Positions 1 to 13,073 of a stretch of DNA of 64,000 nucleotides are shown piece by piece. The notes beneath the pieces are model-generated. The model was given only the letters and a program-made list of their open reading frames with translations. It was not told where the DNA came from and searched no databases. Position 1 is the first letter of the stretch. Each line of letters opens with the position of its first letter. The position numbers were made by a program, and so were the translations under genes. The stretch is from positions 101,990,001 to 102,054,000 of the forward strand of contig OZ024740.1 of NCBI GenBank assembly GCA_964016885.1. Reading direction: 5' to 3'. This stretch comes from Eledone cirrhosa (taxonomy: Eukaryota).

Positions 1-700
1 ACGAATAAGATACGTCATTAATAGGAGCGGTGAAAAACAATTACGCGCAAAGACAGAACCACGTTTGTGGTATAAAAGAGGTCGTAGACTAATGTTCTCT
101 TAGGTGGTTCATAGAGACGTTCTCTGGCAATGAACGAAACAAACGAAAATAATACGTTATATATGGAGCGTGAAGAACAATAGCACGCAAAGACAAAACC
201 ACGTAAATGGTATAGCAGAAGTCGTAGACTAAAATTCTAACTAGGAAACCGAATGAATCTCCGCTACAGAGTTAAGAACAAAGTAAATAAATACAATACA
301 GAAGTAATAGAAATAAATAAATACATACACGCAAACAAAAACGTACATACACAAGCATACGCAAAACACTTACCATAGGTATACAAAACCACGCACATAT
401 AAATATGTGTGTGTGTGTGTATGCGTGTATACATATAAATAAATAAATAATTATATAAACGTATATGTCTTTGCGTGCTATTGTTCTCCATGCCCCACAT
501 ATAACGTATTATCTTCGTTTGTTTCGTTCATTGCCAGAGAACGTCTCTATGAACCACCTAAGAGAACATTAGTCTACGACATCTTTTATACCATAAACGT
601 GGTTCTGTCTTTGCGCGTAATTGTTTTTCACCGCTCCTATTAATGACGTATTATTCGTTTTTTCCCGTTCTTTGCCAGCGAACGTTTCCACGAACCAAAG
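1..700. repeat. Long inverted repeat (1-195 vs 466-658) built from ~144-bp tandem units
   Basis: 466-658 is the reverse complement of 1-195 with few mismatches. The unit recurs at 145-243 and ~655-700. The element runs off the window start. Confidence 0.85.
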
Positions 701-775
701 TATCGTCTTCCTGTCTTCCTCCGGTTGCAACGTTTTTTGAAATATCCACTTCTGCGTTTACAGATTGACTTTGTT

Positions 776-826
776 AGTTTCAGAAGATCCCGTTAAGGGT
801 GAAAGCAGCGATTCTTTGCTTAAACT
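776..826 (+). ncRNA. Degenerate type I hammerhead ribozyme (core CAGAAGA)
   Basis: AGTTT-CAGAAGA-T CCC gttaa GGG T-GAA AGCAG cgattct TTGCT-T^AAACT. Stems I-III can form; U4 is replaced by A. Confidence 0.55.
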
Positions 827-886
827 TTAATCTGTTATTTTAATAAATATATATATTTATTTTATATATATATATATATTTATTTC

Positions 887-1072
887 ATATAGAAAGGCTT
901 CTACAGGACTAGAACTGTTTCATTCAGGAGAAATCTACAGGGCTTCCTGATGATTTCTCCCGAATTAAACGTTCTAGTCCTGTAGAAGCCTTTCTATATT
1001 AAATATTTATACTCTACTATGTATTGAGTACCTTACTTACTGTGGTTACCCCCGATTGAACCCGGTATAAAC
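887..1072 (+). mobile_element. Hammerhead-bearing PLE-like short element, family A, with inverted 5' duplication
   Basis: 887-935 is inverted to 952-999. Hammerhead at 941-990 (GGCTTC-CTGATGA...GTA^GAAGCC; GAAAC mutated to TAAAC here but intact in the inverted arm). TACTC..GAGTA hairpin at 1010-1030. TA-rich flanks. Confidence 0.75.
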
Positions 1073-1084
1073 TTATATATTTCA

Positions 1085-1252
1085 TTTCATTTTCATTTCA
1101 TTTTACGTCCGCTTTTTCCCTGATTGCAAGGGTGGGGCGGGAACTGATGCTGGCTTGATTTCTACGGCTGGATGCCCTTCCTAACACCAACCTCGTTTAC
1201 AGTGAATGGTGGGTGTTTTTTTGCCGTGGCACCTCTACGACCACTTTGCAGT
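1085..1252 (-). mobile_element. RTE LINE 3'-end fragment
   Basis: Shares GGCTGGATGCCCTTCCTAACACCAACC with the 3' UTR of the RTE copies at 3310, 7028 and 28395. Confidence 0.75.
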
Positions 1253-1254
1253 GG

Positions 1255-2710
<1,456 letters not shown>

Positions 2711-2906
2711 TATATAACTCTAGTATGTGTTCCAGCCAGCAGGCAAAGACCATGTTTGTGCATATATGTATATATCTCAAGCAGCTGAGAAAGCAATTTA
2801 GTACATCTGACTCAACAGAGAAGATGAATGGTGCACTTGACACATTGAGGTGGATGGAGACATCATTAGGAAAATGTATGGTTAAAATAATATTTTTCAA
2901 CTCTCT

Positions 2907-2943
<37 letters not shown>

Positions 2944-3084
2944 ATCCTCTCTCTCTCTCACACACACACACAAGCTTGTATTAATTTTTAATTGTTTATT
3001 GACCACTTTCAGTTAAAAATACTTTTATTTTCAGCTGACTTAAGATGTGTGCTATCATGCACATGTATATCTATTATATATATA

Positions 3085-3132
<48 letters not shown>

Positions 3133-3291
3133 TGGGTTTGTTTGAATTTTTAAATTATATATTACCTAGTTGATCACACAGAAGGTTTTAAACACCCTCA
3201 ACATGCATAAGTTAGGTTCACACATTCATTGCATTCATTCCAGCCCCTTTATTCATTTCTTTCAATTAATATTGACCAATGTTAACCCGGA

Positions 3292-4571
3292 TATCATCAT
3301 CATCATCATCACCGTTTTACGTCCGTTCTTCCACGCTAGCATGGGTTAGACGGGTTGTCCTGTTGTGGGCAGTGTCTGGTCGGCTGACCATGCCTTGCTC
3401 ATACAGGAACTGATCTGGCTTGATTTCTACAGCTGGATGCCCTTCCTAACACCAACCTCATTTACAGTGAGTGCTGGGTGCTTTTTCGTGGCGCCTACAC
3501 GTCCACTTTACAGTGTGGGCTGGGTGCTTTTTTGCCGTGGCACCTCCACGACCACCTTGCGGTGGGGGGTGTGGGGGCATATTGTTTATATGCTTCAGCA
3601 TGTACCCATGGGAGGTCGGGTACCCTGTATTACTGCGTGACGCCAGAAGTCACGGTCATGTGTCATTGTCTTTGAGAAGTGTAGTTGGGTAAGGTCGGCT
3701 TTTATCACCTCATCCCAAGTCATCTTGGGTCTCCCCACTCCGCGGTTTCCATCAACTTCTAGTGCTCTGCACCTTTTTATGCAGCTGTCATCCTTCATAC
3801 GCATCACATGTCCATACCAGCGTAACCGCCTCTCCTGCACGCAGCATTTGATTCCTCTTATGCCCAGTCTCTCTCTCAATTCCTTTATGCCTTGTCGTTC
3901 ACGTATATTACTGTTACACATCCATCGGAGCATGCAGGCTTCGTTTCTCTCTAATCTACGTAAGTCTTCCACCTTCAGCGCCCAGGTTTCACTACCATGC
4001 AACATCGCTGTTCAGATACACGCATCATACAGTCTGCCTTTCATTCTGAGGGAGAAGCCTTTTGCAGCTAGCAGTGGTAGTAGTTCCCTAAACTTCTTCC
4101 ATCCCGTTCTTACCCTAGTTATTGTACTTTCTGAGCACCCACCTCCGTTGCTAATTCGGTCACCTAGGTAGCAGAAGCTGTCTACTGTTTCTACAGGGCC
4201 CTCCCAGAGATTGGTGGTACTTGTTTCCTGTGGCTGTTTGCTTGCTGTTTCAGCACAGCTGCTGCATGTGAATCCTACATTTTTAATTAAGCTTCCTGAG
4301 ATCCCGCTACATCTCTTGTGTACCCATTGTTTGCATTTGGGGCAGAGAATGGAGTTCCTACCTACACCTTTCCTACATACTGAGCAAGGCCATTTCCCTG
4401 AGGGGATCTGGGTTCTGTTTTCGCGTCTACTTACAAGGACCTTAGTCTTTGTCATGTTGACTTTGAGGTCCTTTCTCTCTAGTCCCTGCTTCCAGGTTTG
4501 GAATTTATTCTCTAGTTCTACCATAGATTCAGCTATGAGTGCGAGGTCATCAGCATACAGGAGTTCCCATG

Positions 4572-4575
<4 letters not shown>
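3292..4575 (-). mobile_element. 5'-truncated RTE LINE (RT C-terminus, Cys-finger, 3' UTR, (ATG)n tail)
   Basis: ORFs 4012-4575 (CPWELLYADD...) and 3595-4005 (RRLRWYGHVMR, GRPK). (CAT)n at 3292-3312. Confidence 0.92.
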
Positions 4576-4617
<42 letters not shown>

Positions 4618-5446
4618 TATATATATATATATTCTAACCCATGCTAGCGTGGAAAGTGGACGTTAAACGAGGATGATGATGATATACAAAATATATAAAG
4701 AGAGAGAGAGAGATGCATACATACATATGTGTGTGTGTTTTTTGTGTATGTATCATCATCATTATCATTTGTCACCAACTTTTCCATGATGCATCTGATA
4801 CTTTATAAATTGCATCAGTAGATAAGTTACACCTCCATGTTACAATGTAACCATATAATTTGAAATGAGGTTTTTTCATGTGTTTGCATTGGCATAGATG
4901 CAACTTATACATGAGTGTATATAGTGTTCAGTATTCTTTTAGTCTTTTACTACTTATGTTATACAGAAGAACAATCTCGAAGGAATTTTAGTCAATTATA
5001 TCAAGCCAAGTACTTAGCTATGCTTTTAAATCTGGAAATGCTCATTAACAGGACATATACTGACATAGCCACGTAAATACAGACACTGGCACACATTTTC
5101 CCCCTCATACACACATGTATTATATGTACAACCCATGCTAATTTATTTAGCTGATCTATTAGCCATTAGCTCTGGCAAAACTCAAGTACCAATCGACCAT
5201 GATACATATAATATATATAACTCTGTTGCATGTATAGCATCACCCTCTCAATATACATTTATGGTTATCCTTATAAATATAAATTTTAAAAACCAACATT
5301 AACATTTCTCTCCCTCTCTCTCTCTCTCTTTCTCTCTCTCACACACACACACTCTCTCTCTCTATCTCTCTCTCTCTATATATATATATATATACCCATG
5401 CTAGTGTGGAAAATGGACATTAAAAGATGGTGATAATATATATATA

Positions 5447-5630
5447 TAATTGTTCTACTTTTGGCACAAGGCCAGCAATTATCCCAGTGTATTACTGGTA
5501 CTTTATTTTATCGACCCCGTAAGGATAAAAGGCAAAGTTAACCTCGGTGTGATTTGAACTCAGAATGGCAAGGGACGTAACTCTATGCGTCAAAGCATGG
5601 CGTCCGACCCTCTACCAATACTGCCAATCC
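5447..5630 (-). mobile_element. tRNA-derived SINE (family 1)
   Basis: Reverse complement of the GGCAGTATCGGTAGAG...GAGTTCAAATC...TTTCATCCTTACGGGGTCGATAAAATAAAGTACCAG...AACAATTA consensus seen >15 times in the window. Confidence 0.9.
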
Positions 5631-5640
5631 ACCGCCCTAT

Positions 5641-6163
5641 ATCATCATCATCATCATCGTTTAACGTCCATATTCCACGCTTGCATGGGTTTGGACGGGA
5701 GTTTTCCCACTTGAGGCAAGAGTGGTTGTCTTGCTCGCATAGGACTGTCTGGTGGGTTTTCTACGGCTGGATGCCCTTCCTAACACCAACCACATTTACA
5801 GTGTGGAACTGGGAGGTTTTTACCGTGTTACCTACACGGCCACATTACAGCGTGGACTGTGTGTTTTTTTGTCGTGACACCTACACGACCTCATTTGTTT
5901 CCGGCTGGATGTTGTGGTACCAACATAACTTTACATTGAAAGGGGCGGTGTGGATGGGGTGGGGGTGTGGGTGTGTGGGTGTGGGGGGGGGGGGGGGGGG
6001 GTATTTTGTTAGAGATGCCTACTGACTGTAGTAGGTTTTACTTTGTATTCAGGTAAGGCGGGTCTTCTCTATTACTGAGTACCGCCAAAGATCTCGGTCC
6101 AGTGACATTGTCTTGGAGAGGTGTAAGTGTGTGAGGTCGGAATTTATCAGGTCGTCCCAGGTT
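5641..6163 (-). mobile_element. RTE LINE 3' fragment
   Basis: Near-identical to 7028-7520, with (CAT)n tail. Confidence 0.9.
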
Positions 6164-6252
6164 TTTAAAGTTAAATCAAATATTTTTTTAACACTACAAG
6201 TGAAGTCATTCTTTTCCTTTAACTGTACCAAGGGTCTCATACATTTTCCAAT
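6164..6252 (+). mobile_element. 3' fragment of the foldback family at 41371-42465
   Basis: Shares CTACAAGTGAAGTCATTCTTTTCC and TAACTGTACCAAGG...TTTTCCAATA with 42390-42465. Confidence 0.7.
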
Positions 6253-6266
6253 ATATATATATATAT

Positions 6267-6558
6267 ATAATATAAGATCAAAAGATGGTTAAAAGAGTTC
6301 CAAGTATTTTATTATGCGCATTTCAAAAACAAATATCATCATGGGATGATATCTGCGTTTTCATCAGATAAAATAGGGATACATGATATGAAGCTTAAAA
6401 AAACACTTGTGAATAGTGAAGTTTTAAATCAATACTTGGAACTCTTTTAACCATCTTTTGATCTTATATTATTTATACTCCAGTCCTACAAACTGTAGAG
6501 TGCTACTTATCCGTTATTTGCATTGCTTTATTGTGCTACAATAAAACTCACCTCCTAC
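6267..6558. mobile_element. Hammerhead-bearing foldback element in (TA)n
   Basis: Perfect ~42-bp inverted arms at 6267-6309 and 6431-6472. TACTC...GAGT hairpin at 6476-6501. Confidence 0.8.
6305..6375 (-). ncRNA. Minimal type I hammerhead ribozyme, intact core, AUA site
   Basis: TATTTTAT-CTGATGA-long stem II (..GATATCATC ccat GATGATATT..)-GAAAT GCGC ATA^ATAAAATA. Stem I is a perfect 8 bp; stem III is the palindrome ATGCGCAT. Confidence 0.85.
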
Positions 6559-6589
6559 ATATATATATATATATAATGTGTGTATATGT

Positions 6590-6830
6590 ATATAGTTTTA
6601 TGTAATGATTTCAGTATTTTAGCAGGTTACTGTAGGTGGTACCAATATTAGCATTCATTGATATAACGGAGTGTATAAATTAAGTATAACAAGACAAAGT
6701 TTCACATTAATCTTTTTATTGATTATTGACTACCAGTTACATATATTTCACAGATGATTGGCTCAAGATCCATATTTGTGTTATAGACCGAACTCCAACA
6801 TCAATCTGCTCATCAGACTTGTTAATTAAG
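6590..6830 (-). mobile_element. Probable degenerate hammerhead element
   Basis: Minus strand: TAACAAGT-CTGATGA...~105 nt...GAAAC TTT GTC^TTGTTA, followed by a TATACACTCC...GAATGCT tail motif. Confidence 0.45.
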
Positions 6831-6969
6831 CTAAAAACAAAATTTCATCTGAAGGCATCCAGTATATATATATATGTGTGATAAACAGGCAAATCTCCAG
6901 AGTAACAAGACTCAATATTTAGCCATAATAAAATGAATATATATATGTGTGTGTGTGCGTGTGTGTACG

Positions 6970-7001
<32 letters not shown>

Positions 7002-7027
7002 GAGAGAGTGTATATATATATGTGTAT

Positions 7028-10000
7028 GTCATCATCATCATCATCATGTTCCACACTTGCATGGGTTTGGATGGGAGTTTTCCCACTTGAGGCAAGAGTG
7101 GTTGTCTTGCTCGCATAGGACTGTCTGGCGGATTTTCTACGGCTGGATGCCCTTCCTAGCACCAACCACATTTACAGTGTGGGAATGGGAGGTTTTTACC
7201 GTGTTGCCTACACGGCCACATTACAGCGTGGACTGTGTGTTTTTTTGTCGTGACACCTACACGATCTCATTTGTTTCGGCCTGGATGTTGTGGCACCAAC
7301 ATAACTTTACATTGAAAGGGGCGGTGTGGATAGGGTGGGGGTGGTGGGACGGGGGTGTATTTTGTTAGAGATGCCTACTGACTGTAGTAGGTTTTACTTT
7401 GTATTCAGGTAAGGCGGGTCTTCTCTATTACTGAGTACCGCCAAAGATCTCGGTCCAGTGACATTATCTTGGAGAGGTGTAAGTGTGTGAGGTCGGAATT
7501 TATCAGTTCGTCCCAGGTTTTTCTGGGTCTGCCTACTCCATGGCTACCGTCTATCTTTATTGCCCTGCACTTTTTTATACAGCTGTCGTCTTTCATGCGC
7601 ATCACGTGACCATACCAACGTAGCCTTCTCTCGAGTAAACAACATCTGATCCCTCTTATTTCTAATTTTTCCCTTAGTTTGTTTATGCTTTGCCGTTCGC
7701 GTATATTACTATTACACATCTAGCGGAGCATGCAAGCTTCGTTCCTCTCTAGTCTGCGTATATCCTCTGCACACAATGCCCAGGTCTCACTGCCATGCAA
7801 CATTGCTGTTCGTATGCAGGCATCATACAGCCTGCCTTTCATTTTTAGGGAGAACCCTTTAGCGGCTAATAGTGGTATAAACTCTCTGAACTTTTTCCAT
7901 CCAGTTCTGACTCTAGCTACTGTACTTTCAGAGCACCCTCCCCCAATGCTGATTTTGTCACCCAGGTAACGGAAGCTGTCCACTATTTCTATAGAACCCT
8001 CTGCGCAATTGAAAGAGCTAGTATTTTGTGGGCATTGCTGCTACTTATTGCACCAGAGCACCGGCCACATGTAAAATTTATGTTCTTAGTTAGCTTACCT
8101 GTGATCCCACTACATCTTTTATGCACCCATACTTTGCATTTGGGACATAAAATGGAGTTTCTACCTACTCCTTTCCTACACACTGAGCATGGCCATTTCC
8201 AGGATGGGACCGGCGCCCTATTTTACTTCCTACAAACTAGAACTTTAGTCTTAGCCAGGTTAATTTTAAGGCCTTTTGATTCCAGGCCGTGCTTCCATGT
8301 TTGGAATTTCTTCTCTAGCTCGGCCATTGATTCAGCTATGAGCGTTAGATCATCCGCGTATAGGAGTTCCCATGGGCAACCGGTCTTGAACTCCACTGTT
8401 ATAGCCTGAAGGGCAATAATAAATAGTAGGGGGCTAAGAACAGAGCCCTGATGAACACCAACTTTTACGCTAAACTCTTCACTATATTCGTTGTTAATTC
8501 TAACCTTGCTGACTGTTTCTTTATACATGGCTTGTATAGCTCTCACAAGCCATTCATCAACACCTAGTTTTCTAAGAGCACACCAGATAATGGAACGGGG
8601 TACTCTGTCGAAGGCTTTCTCCAAGTCGACAAAAGCTAAGTATAGGGGTTTACTTTTAGCTAGGTACTTCTCCTGTAGTTGTCGTACAATGAAAAAAGCG
8701 TCTGTGGTACTTTTGCCTGACACAAACCCGAACTGCATTTCATCTAGATCAATTCTCTCTCTGATTAGTTGCACTATTACTTTTTCCGTGACCTTCATGA
8801 CCTGGTCGATTAATTTAATGCCTCTATAGTTACTCCTATCTAGGGCATCTCCTTTACCCTTGTAACAGTTAATGATGATGCTGCTACGCCAGTCCTTCGG
8901 AACAACCCCATTCTGTATGACTTGGTTTACTATCCGGGTGACCATGGTGTGTCCCACCGTTCCAGAGGCTTTCAGCATCTCAGCAACTATTTCCGAAGGC
9001 CCAGCCGCCTTACCCGTCTTCATATCTTTGATTGCCTTACTTATTATACTACCTTCAACTAACACTGCTGGTCCCTCTATTGGGTCGATGTGGGGGAGAC
9101 TGTCCTTCTCCCATTTATTCTCCTCATTTAGTAGCCTTTCGTAGTGACACTTCCAAGCTACCTTCTTATCAGCGTCAGTGATGGCAAGTACGCCATCATC
9201 ATTTAGTACACACTTCTCCCCAACAATATCACGGTTTTCCTTGACACATTGCCTAGCAATCCTGAACACCTCACGTTTTTGGTCCTCGCGTTGTAGAACA
9301 TGCTTGAACTTTCTTTCCTCTGCTTCCCTTCTTGTGAAGTACACTTGTCTCCTAGCTTCCCTCCTGGCCACTTGATAGTCTTCTCTACTTCCCCCATCCT
9401 GCCATACTTTCCAAGCCTGCTTTTTGGCCTTAATCGATGCCTCCACCTTACTGTTCCACCACCATGTTACTCTCCTCCTGCCTATAGGCCTGCTCCGGCC
9501 ACAGACTTCATCTGCTGCCATCAGCAGGTTTGCTTTCAGGAATTCCCACTGTTCCTCTATATTATACGACTCTAAATGCTCTTCCTTACTGCCGAAAGCA
9601 TCAAGTAATATGCTTTGAAATTTATTTCTGGCTGTGGGGTCCTTTAGCTTCCATATTTTTCTCCTGAGGATAGTCCTCTTCTGCTGTCGAGTACGTCTCG
9701 TCCTGACTATGAGGTCGCTAATTATCAGTCTATGTTGGGAGGTGCATTCTTCATGGGGGAGGTATTTAGTGTTTACAACAGACACTCTGTCACGTCTTCT
9801 GGTAAGGATATAATCTACCTGGCTGGTATGTTCCCCTGATCTGTAGGTGATCAAGTGATAGTCTCGTTTTTTGAAGTTAGTGTTACAGATTGTTAGGTTA
9901 TTTGCGTCACAGAATTCCAGGATTCTGGAGCCTTCCTCATTTCTAGTACCAAACCCATAGCCTCCGTGGATTCCATCATAGCTGTCAGAATGTTGTCCAA

Positions 10001-10292
10001 CGTGACCATTTAGGTCGCCAGCAATAATTATGTAGTCACTGTCGGTTATTTGGGAGGTAGTGAGCATCAGTGTCTCATAGAAACTGTCTTTTATAGCGCC
10101 AGGCAGTCCGGATTGGGGCGCGTACGCAGATATTATCGTCACAGTAGTTCTATTTAGAACAAGTCTTATTTTAATTATTCTGTCGTTTACTCTATTTACG
10201 TCTATTATCTTATCCACCCATTTTTCTGCTAACATGATTCCTACCCCATCCAGCCCATTGTCATTTCCCACCCAGAAAAGCTTATAGCATTG
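7028..10292 (-). mobile_element. Near-full-length RTE LINE, disabled (APE endonuclease + RT + C4HC3 finger)
   Basis: AYAPQ, GDLNGHVG, SQVDYIL, SQHRL (APE); QFGF, DLEKAFD, HQGSVLSP, YADD (RT). Stops at 8223 and 7720, frameshift near 7985, (CAT)n tail. Confidence 0.95.
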
Positions 10293-10369
10293 TATGTATA
10301 TATATGTATATATATATATACATATATATACATAAATACAGTATATATATATATATATATATATATAAG

Positions 10370-11080
10370 CGGAAAAAATGAAACGAAATTTCATTTCCCA
10401 CTCTTAGTACGGCTGTTACTTAAATATAAGTATGTACACGTACATACATATATGTATACAGACGTACAGTAGTATGTATATATATATATACATACATGCA
10501 CACATATATATGTACGTATGGATTCACCGAACATTTAATATATTGCTCGGTGTGTTTGTAAACAAACATCCCGTATTAAGCTGTAGTGTCTAGCAACCAT
10601 CGTTGCTCGTTTGTTCAACACTGACAAAGGAACACTGTACTAGTTTAAAGCTTATTAGCTATCATCAGCAACATATACCTTCCTGCCAGATTGTTGAACG
10701 TATATACCTAGCCTATGCATATTAACGGCTGAGTAGCCCAATTTGCATATCGAGTGGGTTAATCGGCCGGGTGCACCAAAAACGATAATCGGAAAAAATG
10801 AAACGAAATTTCATTTCCCACTCTTAGTACGGCTGTTACTTAAATATAAGTATATACACGTACATACATATATGTATACAGACGTACAGTAGTATGTATA
10901 TATATATACATACATGCACACATATATATGTACATATGGATTCACCAAACATTTATTATAATGCTCAGTGTGTTTGTAAACAAACATCCCGTATTAAGCC
11001 GTAGTGTCTAGCAACCATCGTTGCTCGTTTATTCAACACTGACAAAGGAACACTGTACTAGTTTCAAGCTTATTAGCTAT
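10370..11080 (-). mobile_element. Partial-tandem (420-bp period) hammerhead element, PLE pseudo-LTR-like
   Basis: 10370-10661 repeats at 10790-11080. A third copy is at 38351-38620. Confidence 0.8.
10633..10673 (-). ncRNA. Minimal type I hammerhead (G12 mutated in this copy)
   Basis: TGTTG-CTGATGA-T AGCT aata AGCT T-TAAAC TA GTA^CAGTG. The duplicate at ~11053-11080 has GAAAC. Stem III is the palindrome ACTAGT. Confidence 0.7.
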
Positions 11081-11115
11081 ATATACATAAATACAGTATA
11101 TATATATATATGTAT

Positions 11116-11388
<273 letters not shown>

Positions 11389-11440
11389 TATATATATATA
11401 TATATATATAGGAGTAAGTAAGACCCCGACGGCTGAGCTC

Positions 11441-11479
<39 letters not shown>

Positions 11480-11481
11480 TA

Positions 11482-12092
11482 TGGTGGCTGCCAACTCGTT
11501 TTCGAGTACGGCCACTACTTTATATCCATGTAGGAGAACCTCTACCGATGCGCTGAACGAGTGTGACTTTTTAGTCCAGCCAGGGACTTGAAAACTCTGG
11601 TACAAACACTACACTTGTGACAATTATTGACACATAGTGCTGGGCCCATGGTACCATGTGACGACAAGTGCAGAGAGATCTCCAGATATAAAGCAATGCC
11701 TGTGCCGTGAAGCTTTTATAGTGAGCAAAGGCACTGCACAAAGCCAGTCCCACTCCCTTAACCAAGATGATATTTACCAAAAAGAAGAACAAGTTAACAT
11801 CATTGGATACCATCAGGGTTGCAGGTGTTATATCAGAGTTTTCCTTCTCCTAGAATTCTGCCTTGACAAAGGCTAAGGGGTCATCTCTCCCAATGATTTT
11901 GGATGGCCATTGACTCTTAAGAGCTCCTTTGCCTTTTGACTGGTTTTGTTTTTAGTCCTGCAGGATGTCCAAATTCACCCTCCTCACCAAGAAACCTTGG
12001 TGGGGTTGCCAGTTTAGTCGCCAACGACCCGACCATGAGACAGGTTGCACTGGGATACATGTTACCAGTAGCACCAACTGGTGACCTGACAT
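11482..12092 (-). mobile_element. Non-coding dispersed repeat (~600 bp), homologous to 43498-44037
   Basis: Colinear reverse-complement similarity from end to end; both copies flanked by microsatellite. Confidence 0.8.
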
Positions 12093-12437
12093 GAACACAC
12101 ACACAGTTGTACAAGAGCGTTGTTTATCTTAGTTGTTACCTTGTAACTTCCTGATGATAAGCAGGTCCTAGTGAACCAAAGCACTACACATCAGTAGGTG
12201 ATAATGGGTGACAGAGTATTCATTTATCAAATAATGGTATGTGCGTGGCCACCAGCATATCACAATGATTGCATAACAGCACCAAATATTGCTTAAGCAT
12301 CTGACAAAGTCATATGAATAACCATGTAACAGAAATATATATAATGCAATAAACTATTAATGTGATTAACTACCATTATTTGATATATATATATATATGT
12401 GTGTGTGTCTGCCGGTGTGTGTGTGTGTGTATGTGTC

Positions 12438-12938
12438 TAAGTGGGCGCGTGAGTGAATGTGCCTGTTGACACCTGGAATATAAATTAAGAGAAACTTCAC
12501 CTTCATCCTTACGGGGTCGATAAAATAAAGTACCAGTAATGCACTGGGTTATTGCTGGCCTTGTGCCTAACGTAGAAACAATTATTTGATATATACGTGA
12601 TATATATATATTTAATATAGAAAAGCTTCTACATGACTAGAACTGTTTCATTTGTGAGAAATCATCAGAAAGCTGACTGTCCAAGCGAATGTGGTGGTAT
12701 TTATATCTTTTCTGGTGGTTGGAGAGGGTGGGGATTGGAATGGGTGGAGGTCAATGGTTGATGGATTTAAAGAAAAGTGAGTTCATTAAAAGCTAATTCT
12801 TTAAAGCTATAATTTATATTAACAAAGGCAGAAAGAATTCTATAAACAGGTTCAAGTGTTGGGGTGCTTCCCCTTATTGTGAAGTTTCTCTTAATTTATA
12901 TTCCAGGTGTCAACAGGCACATTCACTCACGCGCCCAC

Positions 12939-12941
<3 letters not shown>
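12438..12941. repeat. Perfect 63-bp inverted repeat (12438-12500 / 12879-12941) enclosing a SINE tail and a family-A element
   Basis: Direct comparison; symmetry continues into flanking (GT)n/(AC)n. Confidence 0.9.
12624..12674 (-). ncRNA. Type I hammerhead, family A, intact core, GUA site
   Basis: AGCTTT-CTGATGA-TTTC tcac AAAT-GAAACA gttctagtca TGTA^GAAGCT. Confidence 0.75.
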
Positions 12942-12973
<32 letters not shown>

Positions 12974-13073
12974 CAGATACACACACAGCAAACATACATA
13001 TAAATACATACACTTATATATATATATATATACACACATATATATATACGCATACTACACATATATATATATA

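Noticed and set aside
5145-5200. Hammerhead-like CTGATCT..GCCA/TGGC..AAAAC TCAA GTA
   Set aside because: Multiple core mismatches and a weak stem I; cannot be separated from chance
10293-10394. N-terminus of the 723-aa ORF as a real start
   Set aside because: It derives from (TA)n and the neighbouring repeat; RTE homology begins near 10292
12150-12190. CTGATGA as a hammerhead core (also 8448, 44538 and 63532)
   Set aside because: No convincing GAAA plus stems I/III; two lie within RT-element coding relics
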